Source: Muribaculaceae bacterium
GTDB taxonomy: Bacteria > Bacillota > Clostridia > Lachnospirales > Lachnospiraceae
Length of the DNA: 64,000 nt
Assembly: GCA_023663465.1 (NCBI GenBank)
Contig: JAMPHJ010000002.1
Location: forward strand, 26,039-90,038
Direction of reading: 5' to 3'
In this document: positions 9,830-19,300 of the stretch, one piece after another
Layout: each line of letters begins with the position of its first letter
How positions within the stretch are numbered: position 1 is the stretch's first letter
Made by a program: the position numbers and the translations under genes
The notes under the pieces: generated by a model
What the model was told of the DNA's origin: nothing
What the model saw: only the letters and a program-made list of their open reading frames with translations
Databases searched by the model: none

Positions 9830-12800
9830 ATGGAAATTCGATATATGATGCCTGCTGATGATAGAATGGCAATCAGTAAGATATATGAAGAAAGCTGGAA
9901 ATATGCCTATCATGGGATTATACCGCAAAGCTATCTTGAGTCGATTCCAGAAGGAAAGTGGGCATCAAATCTGGACGATCCCCGCTGGAAAACGTTAGTT
10001 TGTATAGAGGATGGCAAATTGATTGGAACGAGTAGTTTTGGTAAGTCCAGGTTTGAAAAATTTGATGGCTGGGGAGAAATCATTTCAATCTATCTGTTGC
10101 CTCATTATATCGGAAAAGGATATGGAAAAATTCTTTTGCAGGGCGTGGTTTTAGAATTGGAAAAAATGGGATATGAAGATATTTTTTTATGGACGCTTAA
10201 AGAGAATACCAGGGCAAGGCATTTTTATGAGCGATTCGGTTTCTTGAAGACAGAGGATTCTTTAGCGGATAATATTGGCGGAAAGGAGCTGACGGAAATT
10301 AGGTATGTTTATAAAAGGAGCAACTCCCCAATGAACAATCTTCAAGAATTGCAAACTAAAATCCAATATCTGGAAGAAGAAAATAATTATCTGAAGTCTT
10401 TACTGAATCATGCGGGAATATCTTATGATACCCCCATAAACAGGCCAAATACGGAATTGTTTGACCCAAATCAGGGGGCAAGAATTATCCATAAGGATAT
10501 TACGGATAAGGATGCCAATCTGTTTTTTGGGATGTTTTGGGGGCGTACGGATGTTTATAGTAAACGAACGATAAAGAAGTCTACTGGTGAAGTGAATTAT
10601 TATACGCAGTGTTATAATTTTTGGAAGAATGGGTGTCCTAGAAAAATTGGCAGCAAAATAAAATGTCAGGATTGCAGTAAACAGGCATATGCAAAGCTGG
10701 GCAAGCAGCAGATTATAGAGCATTTAAAAGGTAGTGCCGAGGATTCTACAGACGTTATCGGGATATATCCGCTTCTAGAGGATGATACCTGTAGGTTTAT
10801 CGTTTTTGATTTTGATAATCATGAGAAAGGCGCAGAAAAATACGATTTTGCCAATAAAGACGATGCATGGAAAGAGGAAGTCGATGCTTTAAAAGAAATC
10901 TGTATCCTAAACGGAACAGACCCACTTATCGAACGGTCCAGGTCTGGACGGGGAGCGCATGTATGGATATTTTTTCAACAGAAAATCGAAGCGTCGCTGG
11001 CAAGGAAATTTGGCAATGCGTTGCTTAGAAAAGGGGCTGAGTCCGTAAATCTAAAATCTTTTCATTTTTATGATAGAATGCTGCCGGCGCAGGAGCATCT
11101 GCCGCAGGGCGGTGTGGGGAATCTGATTGCACTTCCTTTACAGGGGCAGGCGTTAAAGGACGGGAACAGCGCCTTTGTTGACGATAATTGGAATGCGTAT
11201 CCGGATCAGTGGAAAGTATTATTTAGTAAGCCGAAGCTTTCAGAGGAATTTCTGAAAGAAAAGATAAAGGAATGGAATATGTCCGGCTCCGGTGAAATGG
11301 CTGGGACGCAGGATGTTTTTGGGGAGGATGGAGAGAAGCCTTGGAATAAGACAGATTATTTTATAAAAGCTGATGTAGAGGGTAAATTAAGGATAACGTT
11401 AGCGGATGGTGTGTATGTTGATACGGCAAATCTTGAGCCTAGAATACAGAACAGAATTAGGGAATTGGCAGCATTTCATAATCCGTTATTTTATAAGAAT
11501 CAGGCAATGGGATTATCTAATTTTGCAAATTCCAGATTTATTTATCTTGGCAGTGATGAGAGGGGCTACATAAAAATTCCAAGAGGGTTGTTTGAAAACG
11601 TTATAGAAGAGTGTGAAAAGGCAGATATTACATATCAGATTCAAGATGAGCGTTGTCAAGGGAAAAAACTTCGTTTAGCGTTTCATGGAACGCTGAAAGA
11701 GACGCAGGAATTGGCTGTTAATACTTTGCTAAAGAATGAGATAGGAATACTAAATGCAGCAACGGCATTTGGCAAAACGGTTGTCTGTTGTAATATCATT
11801 GCCAGGCTTAGTATTAATACATTGATATTGCTTCAATCCTCAGCATTGTTGGAGCAATGGGAAAGCGCTTTGAATAAATTTTTAATGATAAATGAGGAAC
11901 CGCCGGAATATGAAACACCAACCGGAAGAAAGAGGAGGAGAAAAAGTGTAATCGGAAAGCTGCAAGGCGCGCATGATTCCACAACAGGGATGATTGATAT
12001 TGCTATGGCTGGTTCTGTTTGTAAAAAGGGAAAATTCCATGAGAGATTAAAAGACTACGGACTTGTAATTGTGGATGAATGTCATCATGCTGCAGCAGAT
12101 ACCATTGTAGAAGTGTTGCAGGAAGTAAATGCAAAGTATGTGTATGGGGTAACAGCTACGCCGTTTCGTAGTGATGGATTGGAAAAGATAAATGAAATGC
12201 TTCTTGGACCTATCAGATATCGGTATACTTCAAAAGACAGGGCGAAGGAACAAGGCATTGAACATTTAGTTTATCCAAGATTTACAAGGGCGGTGGCGCC
12301 GCGGTTTGCACAGGAAAGAATGCACCCGAATGAGGCGTATGCGATTCTAAGAGAAAATGAAGATAGGGATAATATCATTGTAAATGATGTGATAAAATGT
12401 GTGGAAGACGGAAGGACTCCGGTAGTTCTTTCAAAATATGTTGACCATTCAAGAAAGCTGTATGAACGTCTGGCGGGATGTGCAGACTATATCTTTTTAC
12501 TTTCAGGTGAAAATTCTAAGAAAGAGCATAGGGCTATTTTGCAGCAGATGGAACAGGTAGAAGAGAAGGAAAGCATGATTCTGATAGCAACCGGAAAGCT
12601 GATTGGCGAGGGTTTTGATTTTCCGAGACTGGATACGCTTATTATGGCAATGCCGATATCGTGGAAAAGTGTTGTCGAGCAGTATGCGGGGCGTCTGAAC
12701 CGGGATTATGAGGGAAAAGAAAGCGTCGTCATTTATGATTATGTAGACAGTCATATTCCGATGTTTGAAAAAATGTATAATAAGCGGCTGAAAGCATATA

Positions 12801-13300
12801 AGCAGATAGGATATGATGTGTCTGTAAAAAGCGCAGGCGAAAAGCAGGAGTCGGGTTCTATCTTTGATATAGACAGCTATCTGGAAGTTTATCAACAGGA
12901 TTTGCTGGAAGCGGATAAAGAGATTATGATATCCAGTCCTGTTATCAGTGGATTCAAAGTGGAAGAATTAATCAGATTGCTAAAAGAAAAGCAGGAGTCA
13001 GGAGTCGTAATACGGATTATTACATGGAAGCCGGATAAGTATGGTTTTGGTGATAGTGCGTATTGGATGGAATTGCAGGAGCGAATGCGAAAACAGGGAT
13101 TTGAAATGAATCTTGTAGAAGATTATTGCCAGCATTACTGTATCATTGACAGGGAAATTGTGTGGTATGGCAGTATGAATTTTCTTGGAAAAGAGGACAG
13201 CGAGGATAATCTGATGCGCGTGCGCAGTAAGGAAATAGCGGACGAACTTGTAGAATTGACGTTTGTAAATTCTGAGAAGAAGCTGGGGGAAAGTATGTAG
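9830..13300 (+). CDS. Fusion protein: GNAT acetyltransferase + AEP-type primase-like domain + SF2 (ResIII/DEAD-like) helicase + degenerate PLD-like domain
   Basis: GNAT: SIYLLPHYIGKGYGKILL, NTRARHFYERFGF. AEP-like: FDFD, SRSGRGAHVW, GNLIALPLQ, with Cys pairs. Helicase: ATAFGKT, DECHH, GVTATP, QYAGRLNR. PLD-like: QHYCIIDREIVWYGSMN. ATG 9830 follows GGAGG. Confidence 0.85.
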   Translation: MEIRYMMPADDRMAISKIYEESWKYAYHGIIPQSYLESIPEGKWASNLDDPRWKTLVCIEDGKLIGTSSFGKSRFEKFDGWGEIISIYLLPHYIGKGYGKILLQGVVLELEKMGYEDIFLWTLKENTRARHFYERFGFLKTEDSLADNIGGKELTEIRYVYKRSNSPMNNLQELQTKIQYLEEENNYLKSLLNHAGISYDTPINRPNTELFDPNQGARIIHKDITDKDANLFFGMFWGRTDVYSKRTIKKSTGEVNYYTQCYNFWKNGCPRKIGSKIKCQDCSKQAYAKLGKQQIIEHLKGSAEDSTDVIGIYPLLEDDTCRFIVFDFDNHEKGAEKYDFANKDDAWKEEVDALKEICILNGTDPLIERSRSGRGAHVWIFFQQKIEASLARKFGNALLRKGAESVNLKSFHFYDRMLPAQEHLPQGGVGNLIALPLQGQALKDGNSAFVDDNWNAYPDQWKVLFSKPKLSEEFLKEKIKEWNMSGSGEMAGTQDVFGEDGEKPWNKTDYFIKADVEGKLRITLADGVYVDTANLEPRIQNRIRELAAFHNPLFYKNQAMGLSNFANSRFIYLGSDERGYIKIPRGLFENVIEECEKADITYQIQDERCQGKKLRLAFHGTLKETQELAVNTLLKNEIGILNAATAFGKTVVCCNIIARLSINTLILLQSSALLEQWESALNKFLMINEEPPEYETPTGRKRRRKSVIGKLQGAHDSTTGMIDIAMAGSVCKKGKFHERLKDYGLVIVDECHHAAADTIVEVLQEVNAKYVYGVTATPFRSDGLEKINEMLLGPIRYRYTSKDRAKEQGIEHLVYPRFTRAVAPRFAQERMHPNEAYAILRENEDRDNIIVNDVIKCVEDGRTPVVLSKYVDHSRKLYERLAGCADYIFLLSGENSKKEHRAILQQMEQVEEKESMILIATGKLIGEGFDFPRLDTLIMAMPISWKSVVEQYAGRLNRDYEGKESVVIYDYVDSHIPMFEKMYNKRLKAYKQIGYDVSVKSAGEKQESGSIFDIDSYLEVYQQDLLEADKEIMISSPVISGFKVEELIRLLKEKQESGVVIRIITWKPDKYGFGDSAYWMELQERMRKQGFEMNLVEDYCQHYCIIDREIVWYGSMNFLGKEDSEDNLMRVRSKEIADELVELTFVNSEKKLGESM

Positions 13301-13348
13301 ATCTGGTAAAGAGATTGTATTTGTTTTGCAGAAAAAAGGAGCCAACCA

Positions 13349-14077
13349 ATGTACCACATAGCAATATGCGATGATGAAGAATATTTCCGGCTTCGGGAGA
13401 AGAAGCTGATTGAGAAATATATGGAAGAGCAGGGCGGCGCATGCAGCATAGATTTGTATGCTTCCGGGGCGGAGATGTTAAGTGCATTAGATGCAGGGCA
13501 GCAGTATGACATGGTATTTCTGGATGTCAATATGGAAGAGATGGACGGCATGGAAACCGCCGAAAGAATCCGGGCATTGTCGGATGATGTTTATATCGTG
13601 TTTGTGACGGCATATATCACTTATGCGCCGCAAGGGTACAAGGTGGACGCGGTACGCTATCTTTTAAAAGAGGATGCCGGTCTGGAACGGGCGTTGAAAG
13701 AGTGCCTGGATACGATTCTTGAGAAAATGGGTTATCGGAACATGGTGTATGAGCTGGATTTCCAGAATGGAAGGAAAAAAGTCCCGACGGATTCCATTCT
13801 TTATGTGGAAAGCAGACTGCATAAGGTCATTTTTTTTGTAAAGGAAGATGAAATAAAAGAGTATTCCAGATATGACAGGCTGGATGTGGTGGAAAGAAAA
13901 CTGAGGCAGTACGGTTTCTGTCGTGTCCATCAGAGTTTTCTCGTACATATGAAGTATGCGAAAAATGTGGTAAGATACACGCTGTCGCTGGAGGGCGGGA
14001 CGGATATTAACATTTCCAAAAAGTATTATAAGAATGTGGAAGCGGAGTACATCAAAAGGCAGGGAGATATCGATTGA
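13349..14077 (+). CDS. LytTR-family (AgrA/AlgR-like) response regulator
   Basis: Receiver motifs IAICDDE, FLDVNM, VFVTAY, YLLK; LytTR motif FCRVHQSFLV. Confidence 0.93.
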   Translation: MYHIAICDDEEYFRLREKKLIEKYMEEQGGACSIDLYASGAEMLSALDAGQQYDMVFLDVNMEEMDGMETAERIRALSDDVYIVFVTAYITYAPQGYKVDAVRYLLKEDAGLERALKECLDTILEKMGYRNMVYELDFQNGRKKVPTDSILYVESRLHKVIFFVKEDEIKEYSRYDRLDVVERKLRQYGFCRVHQSFLVHMKYAKNVVRYTLSLEGGTDINISKKYYKNVEAEYIKRQGDID

Positions 14078-15462
14078 AACTGCCTTGGGAGGTTATTGTG
14101 GAATACTCAGTTTATTGTGCGTTTGATATCATATATGCATATTGTTGTATTTTGCTGTTTGGTTTTTTTGCGGTAAAAAGAAGCAGGGTCAATGGATTGG
14201 TTACACTGGCAGCAGCGGTTATCTTGGGCGTTGTTTATTTTGTGGTTGCCGATATTTTTTATGACAGATTCGTTTTAAAAGCGTTTCTGGTGATAGGCGT
14301 TACAGCAGTGGGAATGCTTATGCTGTTTCGGATTCACTATGCGAAGGCAGTAGTCTTATCCATGCTCAGTTATGGGATGCTGCTTATTGTAGAATATGTG
14401 GTAGTTACTGTCATGGGAAAACTTGTCTGGGTGGCGACTGGCAGAGCGTTCGATTTAACAGACGCACTTGCTTTTAATATCGTCCGCATCGTGAATAAGG
14501 CGATATTATTAGGTATGGTTTTATGGATTGGAAAGAAGCTTGGAAGAAAGAACCATGATATTTTGTCGAAAAAAGAATGGTGGATTCTATTTGTCGTTTC
14601 TTTTATGACAATCTGCCTGATTGTCGCCTTAGCGGAAGGGACGGATGTGCTTTATAGTAAAAATCCAGACAGCTCTTTTGTCTATATAGCAATCGGGATA
14701 TCCGTAGTCAGTTTTATCGTGTATTATCTGCTTTACGATGTTATGAAAAGAGAGGCGCAGTTGCGGGAACATGCGGTTTTCCGTGAAAAAGTGAAAAGCG
14801 AGACGAGTATGTATCGTTCCATATCTGAGAACCTGGAAAAGCAGCAGAAGAGGACGCATGAGTATAAAAATCAGATTGCTGCCATTCGTGCGCTTGTGGC
14901 GGATGGAAAGTATCAGGAATTGGATAGGTATCTGGGCAAAATCGACCATGATTTGCAGCATGGTACGGACGCAGTGGATACCAACAACGTAATTGTGAAT
15001 GCAATTTTAAATACAAAGTATCGTGAGGCAGTGGGCAAAGGGATTGTCTTCGTGCTCAAGGTAAATGATTTGTCGAGACTTCAGATGGAAGACGATGATA
15101 TTGTAATCATTCTTTCCAACCTTTTAAATAATGCACTGGAAGCTTGCGAGCGGTGTAAGGATAAAGTGATAAAACTTAAATTTGTTCTGGAAGAAGGGCA
15201 GACGGTGATATCCGTGGGAAACAGCATGGAAACAAGACCTGTCATGGAAAATGGGAAACTGCTGACAACGAAAACCGTAGAGGCACAGGAACACGGGATG
15301 GGGCTGCAGAATGTGGCAGAAACCGTTGAAAAGTACGGCGGCAGGTATGCGGTTAATTATGGAGATGACTTTTTCCAGATTACAATTCTGATTCCGGGCG
15401 GAGCCTATGCCTTGTCGGAGGATTTCCAATTCTGTCGAAAAATTTCCAATTCTGCAAAATAG
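14074..15462 (+). CDS. AgrC/VirS-like membrane sensor histidine kinase (GHKL)
   Basis: About 6 TM helices, H-box THEYKNQ, N-box NLLNNALEA, G-box HGMGLQNV; overlaps the regulator stop. Confidence 0.92.
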   Translation: MKLPWEVIVEYSVYCAFDIIYAYCCILLFGFFAVKRSRVNGLVTLAAAVILGVVYFVVADIFYDRFVLKAFLVIGVTAVGMLMLFRIHYAKAVVLSMLSYGMLLIVEYVVVTVMGKLVWVATGRAFDLTDALAFNIVRIVNKAILLGMVLWIGKKLGRKNHDILSKKEWWILFVVSFMTICLIVALAEGTDVLYSKNPDSSFVYIAIGISVVSFIVYYLLYDVMKREAQLREHAVFREKVKSETSMYRSISENLEKQQKRTHEYKNQIAAIRALVADGKYQELDRYLGKIDHDLQHGTDAVDTNNVIVNAILNTKYREAVGKGIVFVLKVNDLSRLQMEDDDIVIILSNLLNNALEACERCKDKVIKLKFVLEEGQTVISVGNSMETRPVMENGKLLTTKTVEAQEHGMGLQNVAETVEKYGGRYAVNYGDDFFQITILIPGGAYALSEDFQFCRKISNSAK

Positions 15463-15486
15463 GTGGCGTTATCAAATATTTATGAT
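15422..15486 (+). promoter_or_regulatory. Candidate LytTR-regulated promoter: direct repeat ATTTCCAATTCTG x2 followed by TATGAT -10
   Basis: Identical 13-mers at 15422-15434 and 15442-15454 (20-bp period), TATGAT at 15481-15486; located next to a LytTR regulator gene. Confidence 0.6.
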
Positions 15487-15523
15487 AAGATTATTTCTGT
15501 GAGACTTAGGGGGGAGGTGTCAT

Positions 15524-15563
15524 GGGTTGAAAAATAAGCGGAACAGCGCTTATTTTTCAACCC
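15524..15563. repeat. Perfect 17-bp inverted repeat with a 6-nt loop (REP/MITE-like hairpin)
   Basis: GGGTTGAAAAATAAGCG-gaacag-CGCTTATTTTTCAACCC. Confidence 0.85.
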
Positions 15564-15666
15564 GCTTCAACTTGCAATAGGATAGCCTGTAGTTGTTCAT
15601 ATGCGGGTAGGGCGGATGGCACAACTATTACGGACTGGGAAAAAGCATGGAAGGCATGGTATTCAT

Positions 15667-16914
15667 ATGAAGATGTTTCAAAAATCAAGGGGTATATTTT
15701 TCGTGGCAGTGGCATTGTGTGGCGCTGCTTTATTGTGTAGCTGCGGAAAGCAGGATGGCGCTGAGGAAGCGGAAAATTTGGTTAATATACAGTCGGATAC
15801 GGCGGATAGTATAGACGCCGGAGAAGACTATGGAGGACTATCTGCGTCAGAAGGAATGGAAAGTTATGAGGAAGATGGGGGAGACATTGCCAGTGGGAAT
15901 ACTAACACCATCGGAATTAATTTTACCGGGGATGCTGCAGGGCTGAACGGTAAGATTCGTTCTATGGCTGCGGCTGATACAGATTGGATTATCGCGGAAA
16001 CGACAGAAGGAAAGCTGTTTCTGCTGCAGCCATTTATTGATTATTATATGCCGGAGGATTCGGAAATAAAATCCCACGAAATCGCCGACGGCTGTATGAT
16101 TGATGATTTGGTTTATGCAGGTCAGCATCTTGCTTACGGACAGAATCAGCTTATTTATTTTGAGATGATTGGGGAATATGATGAGAATGTGGATAGATTG
16201 GATTCTCTTGAACTTCCCGAATATGTATACACCGCAGAGAATGTGAAACAAGTCGAGCTGGAAGGGGCGCAGGATTTGCTATGGGTAGGCGCCGAGGCAG
16301 ACTGTATTGCCTACGCAGGGGCGGATGGACATGTGTGCGTATCTTATAAGGGCGATACTTATGCCGATGTGGGTATTACCGCGGAGGATGATGCGATGGA
16401 AGATACCGCAGTGCGAAAAGGGATTTACAGTTTCGTGCTGACAGAGAAGCAGAAATTATTATATGTGACGAATGTAAGCACGAGCGGAAGTTTTGGAGGA
16501 ACAGTGGAAGCAGTTTCCCTGGAATGCCGGAATCTGACAGATAAGATTGGCAGTCAGGCGGCGGACATTTATAATCTTCAAAATTATGAGGACGCCTGCT
16601 ATGTCGTGGACGAGGACAATTATATTTACTATGTTGAGGATAGCTGGCTGGAGGACGATCTAATCGTGGAGCTTATTACTCAGTTTGAAAACGGAGTCAT
16701 TACGGATATTCAGGGATTTGCCGGCGAATATGAAAACATACTGATTCAGACGGACGATGGCTCTTATTATTATAGCGACAGTAATGGAAATATCGTAAGA
16801 ATCGAAGAATTGGATGAGACTTACCAAAACGCTGTTTTGCTGATGGATAATAATATCATCGCACTTGGAACGGATGGCTGTTTGTATTTGATTGTGAATC
16901 AGGCGGCGGAATAA
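15667..16914 (+). CDS. Acidic lipoprotein, possibly beta-propeller-like; function unknown
   Basis: Signal peptide with lipobox-like LLCSC, D/E-rich mature region, repeated short beta-strand/DG turns. Start uncertain (15601, 15667 or 15673). Confidence 0.75.
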   Translation: MKMFQKSRGIFFVAVALCGAALLCSCGKQDGAEEAENLVNIQSDTADSIDAGEDYGGLSASEGMESYEEDGGDIASGNTNTIGINFTGDAAGLNGKIRSMAAADTDWIIAETTEGKLFLLQPFIDYYMPEDSEIKSHEIADGCMIDDLVYAGQHLAYGQNQLIYFEMIGEYDENVDRLDSLELPEYVYTAENVKQVELEGAQDLLWVGAEADCIAYAGADGHVCVSYKGDTYADVGITAEDDAMEDTAVRKGIYSFVLTEKQKLLYVTNVSTSGSFGGTVEAVSLECRNLTDKIGSQAADIYNLQNYEDACYVVDEDNYIYYVEDSWLEDDLIVELITQFENGVITDIQGFAGEYENILIQTDDGSYYYSDSNGNIVRIEELDETYQNAVLLMDNNIIALGTDGCLYLIVNQAAE

Positions 16915-16923
16915 AAACGGATA

Positions 16924-16972
16924 AAGCCTTACCGATTTTCAGCTAGGAGCTGGGAGTTGGTGAGGTTTTTTT
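16924..16972 (+). terminator. Probable intrinsic terminator after the lipoprotein gene
   Basis: Long G-U-containing hairpin (aagccttaccgattttcagct/agctgggagttggtgaggttt) followed by a T-run. Confidence 0.6.
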
Positions 16973-17165
16973 ATTGGTTTTCTTTTTTAGAAATGGAAGA
17001 GCCAAATATTATATTTGAAATTATTAAAATTTGAAGTATAATATTTGACTTTGGCATATTTAACGTATTTAGAAAAATAAAAATACTGGACCATTTGAAA
17101 TGAATACATCCTGTGTTATGATATAGTTATCAGGTCTTGAGAAAATAAACTGTTGGGAGAAAAGT

Positions 17166-18245
17166 ATGGGAATATTCACAAAAAGCATAGGTCCGGTATT
17201 TTTAAAGGAAACAAGCGATGTAGACGCTTATCTTGAAAAACTTCAAGGGCTTTTGGCACAAACGGAAGGTGAAAATGCCAATCTGATTAAGAAACAAATC
17301 AATATAGCAAATGCAGGCAGATACGGCGAGTCCAATATCGCTTTTGAATTGAAAAACAGCGGAATGGATATGTATATTCTTCATGATATTTACTTAGAAT
17401 ATGGCGATTTATCTGCGCAAATTGATTATCTCGTCATTACAAGAAAACATATCTATGTTATCGAATGCAAGAATTTGATAGGCAATATGGAAATTGACAA
17501 TACAGGAGCTTTTATCAGAAAATATGAATTTTCCGGAAAATTTATAAAAGAAGGCATCTATTCACCCATCACGCAGAATCAAAGGCATTTGCAGGTATTA
17601 AAAGAGGTTCGCAAAAGTAGTAAAGGCAATCTGCTTACTAAAATACTGTTTGAAAAGTCTTTTGAAAATAACTATTAGTCCATTGTGGTATTGGCGAATC
17701 CCAAAATCTGCCTTCAGGCAAGATATGCACCGAAAGAAATAAAGCAGCAGGTAATCCGGGCGGATCAGCTCATTGCCTACATCAGAAAAAAGGATGATGA
17801 GTCTAATGGGGAAATGGGTATTACGGAAATGCGTACCCTTGCAGAATTTTATCTTGAACAAAATAAACCGGACAGATCAGACTATGCACAGAAATATGAA
17901 AAACTTGCACAGAATATCGTTAGTCAACCACCTAAAGCTGATACCAGTGCGGAAGCGGCTGAAGGAGAAGCGCTTCCAACGAATAATTTGGAGTCTGCTG
18001 AAGTTGACGCAGGATATGGAAATAAAGAAGATATTAGGAAGCAGTTAAAAGAATATCGCCTGAAACAAAGCAGGGCTGAGAAAATCAAGCCATATTATAT
18101 TTTTAACGACGCGCAAATGGAGGACTTATTGGATAAAATGCCCCGGACAAAAGAAGGGCTGTTAAAAGTTTCCGGTTTTGGAGAAGTGAAGACGGGAAAA
18201 TATGGGGAGGATATTATAGGGATTTTACAAGGAGCAGATAATTAG
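17166..18245 (+). pseudogene. NERD nuclease-related domain + C-terminal HRDC domain protein, interrupted by an in-frame TAG at 17676-17678
   Basis: NERD: GRYGESN, QIDYLVIT, VIECKN, SPITQN. HRDC: LKEYRLKQS..IKPYYIFND..P.T...LKVSGFG..K..KYG. The two ORFs are in the same frame (...NNY*SIVVLANPK). Confidence 0.75.
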
Positions 18246-18281
18246 AAAAAGCGAAGCCACAATCGGGTTTTAACCACCCAT

Positions 18282-18326
18282 AGCAACAGCCAGTTGCTTG
18301 TCTGGCGCGCAATATCCGGCTAAAAT
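18282..18326 (+). promoter_or_regulatory. Sigma-70-type promoter (TTGTCT-17-TAAAAT) with an adjoining palindromic operator AGCAAC-N5-GTTGCT
   Basis: Palindrome at 18282-18298, -35 at 18298-18303, -10 at 18321-18326; directly upstream of an XRE gene. Confidence 0.6.
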
Positions 18327-18351
18327 AAAGATACATTGTAGGAGCGGCGAA

Positions 18352-19263
18352 ATGGAAACAAAGGATATCCTTAAAAACCTACGCGAAAAAAGACAACTGA
18401 CGCAGGAACAACTGGCGGAGCGCATGATGGTCACAAGACAGGCAGTCAGCCGCTGGGAAACCGGTGAGACCCAGTCGGGTACGGATACGCTGAAGCTTTT
18501 GTCGCGGGAGTTTGATGTATCAATCAATACCCTTCTTGGCGCTCCCAGACAGCTTGTCTGTAAGTGCTGCGGCATGTTATTAAGCGAAGACGATATGATT
18601 GGCCGCGACCGCGATGGAAATTATTATGAGGATTTTTGCAAATGGTGTTATGCAGACTTCAAATGGAAAAGTCCGGTTTTAAAACCGAATTGGAGGAAAA
18701 ACGATATGAAAATCTATGAAGCGTGCCCGATATTAGAGAGTGAAAATTTTTTGATACGATTAACGAAAAGTGAAGATTGCGACGACCTGCTAAAAGTATA
18801 CAGCGACAAGAATGCGGTGCCGTTTTTTAACAGTGATAATTGCGATGGGGATAATTTTTATTATCCTACGAGAGAAAGAATGGCGGAGGCGATTAACTTC
18901 TGGAATTTATCTTATGAAAACGGCTGGTTTGCCAGACTTTCCATTGTGGATAAAGCGACATCGGAAGTCATCGGGACAATCGAGTTATGTCTGCGGGTTT
19001 CCGAGGATGAATTTAATCAGATGGGAATCCTGAGGGTAGACGTAAGAAGCGATTATGAAAAAGAAGATGTATTGTTGGAAATTGTTACGCTGACCGCGCC
19101 CCATATGCCGGAGCTTTTAGGGTGCACCGGCATACTTACCAAGGTTCCAGTATACGCTATAGAAAGGATGAAAGCTATCCAGAGAGCGGGCTTTACCAAG
19201 TCAGAGCATTTACTGATTGGGAAGACGGGGTATGGTTATGATGGGTATTGGGTGAAAGAGTGA
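18352..19263 (+). CDS. XRE helix-turn-helix + zinc ribbon, fused in frame to a RimJ/L-like GNAT
   Basis: HTH LTQEQLAE..VTRQAVSRWETG; CKCCGM...FCKWC; then MKIYEACPILESENFLIR GNAT-like module with its own GGAGG RBS before ATG 18706. Confidence 0.8.
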   Translation: METKDILKNLREKRQLTQEQLAERMMVTRQAVSRWETGETQSGTDTLKLLSREFDVSINTLLGAPRQLVCKCCGMLLSEDDMIGRDRDGNYYEDFCKWCYADFKWKSPVLKPNWRKNDMKIYEACPILESENFLIRLTKSEDCDDLLKVYSDKNAVPFFNSDNCDGDNFYYPTRERMAEAINFWNLSYENGWFARLSIVDKATSEVIGTIELCLRVSEDEFNQMGILRVDVRSDYEKEDVLLEIVTLTAPHMPELLGCTGILTKVPVYAIERMKAIQRAGFTKSEHLLIGKTGYGYDGYWVKE

Positions 19264-19300
19264 AACAAAATGTACCCGGAATGCCCTTTTTAAAACTTCT

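Noticed and set aside
17676-17678. Genome-wide TAG recoding or pyrrolysine
   Set aside because: Many intact genes in the window end at TAG (for example 784, 1572, 3973, 13300, 21675), and no pyl genes are seen.
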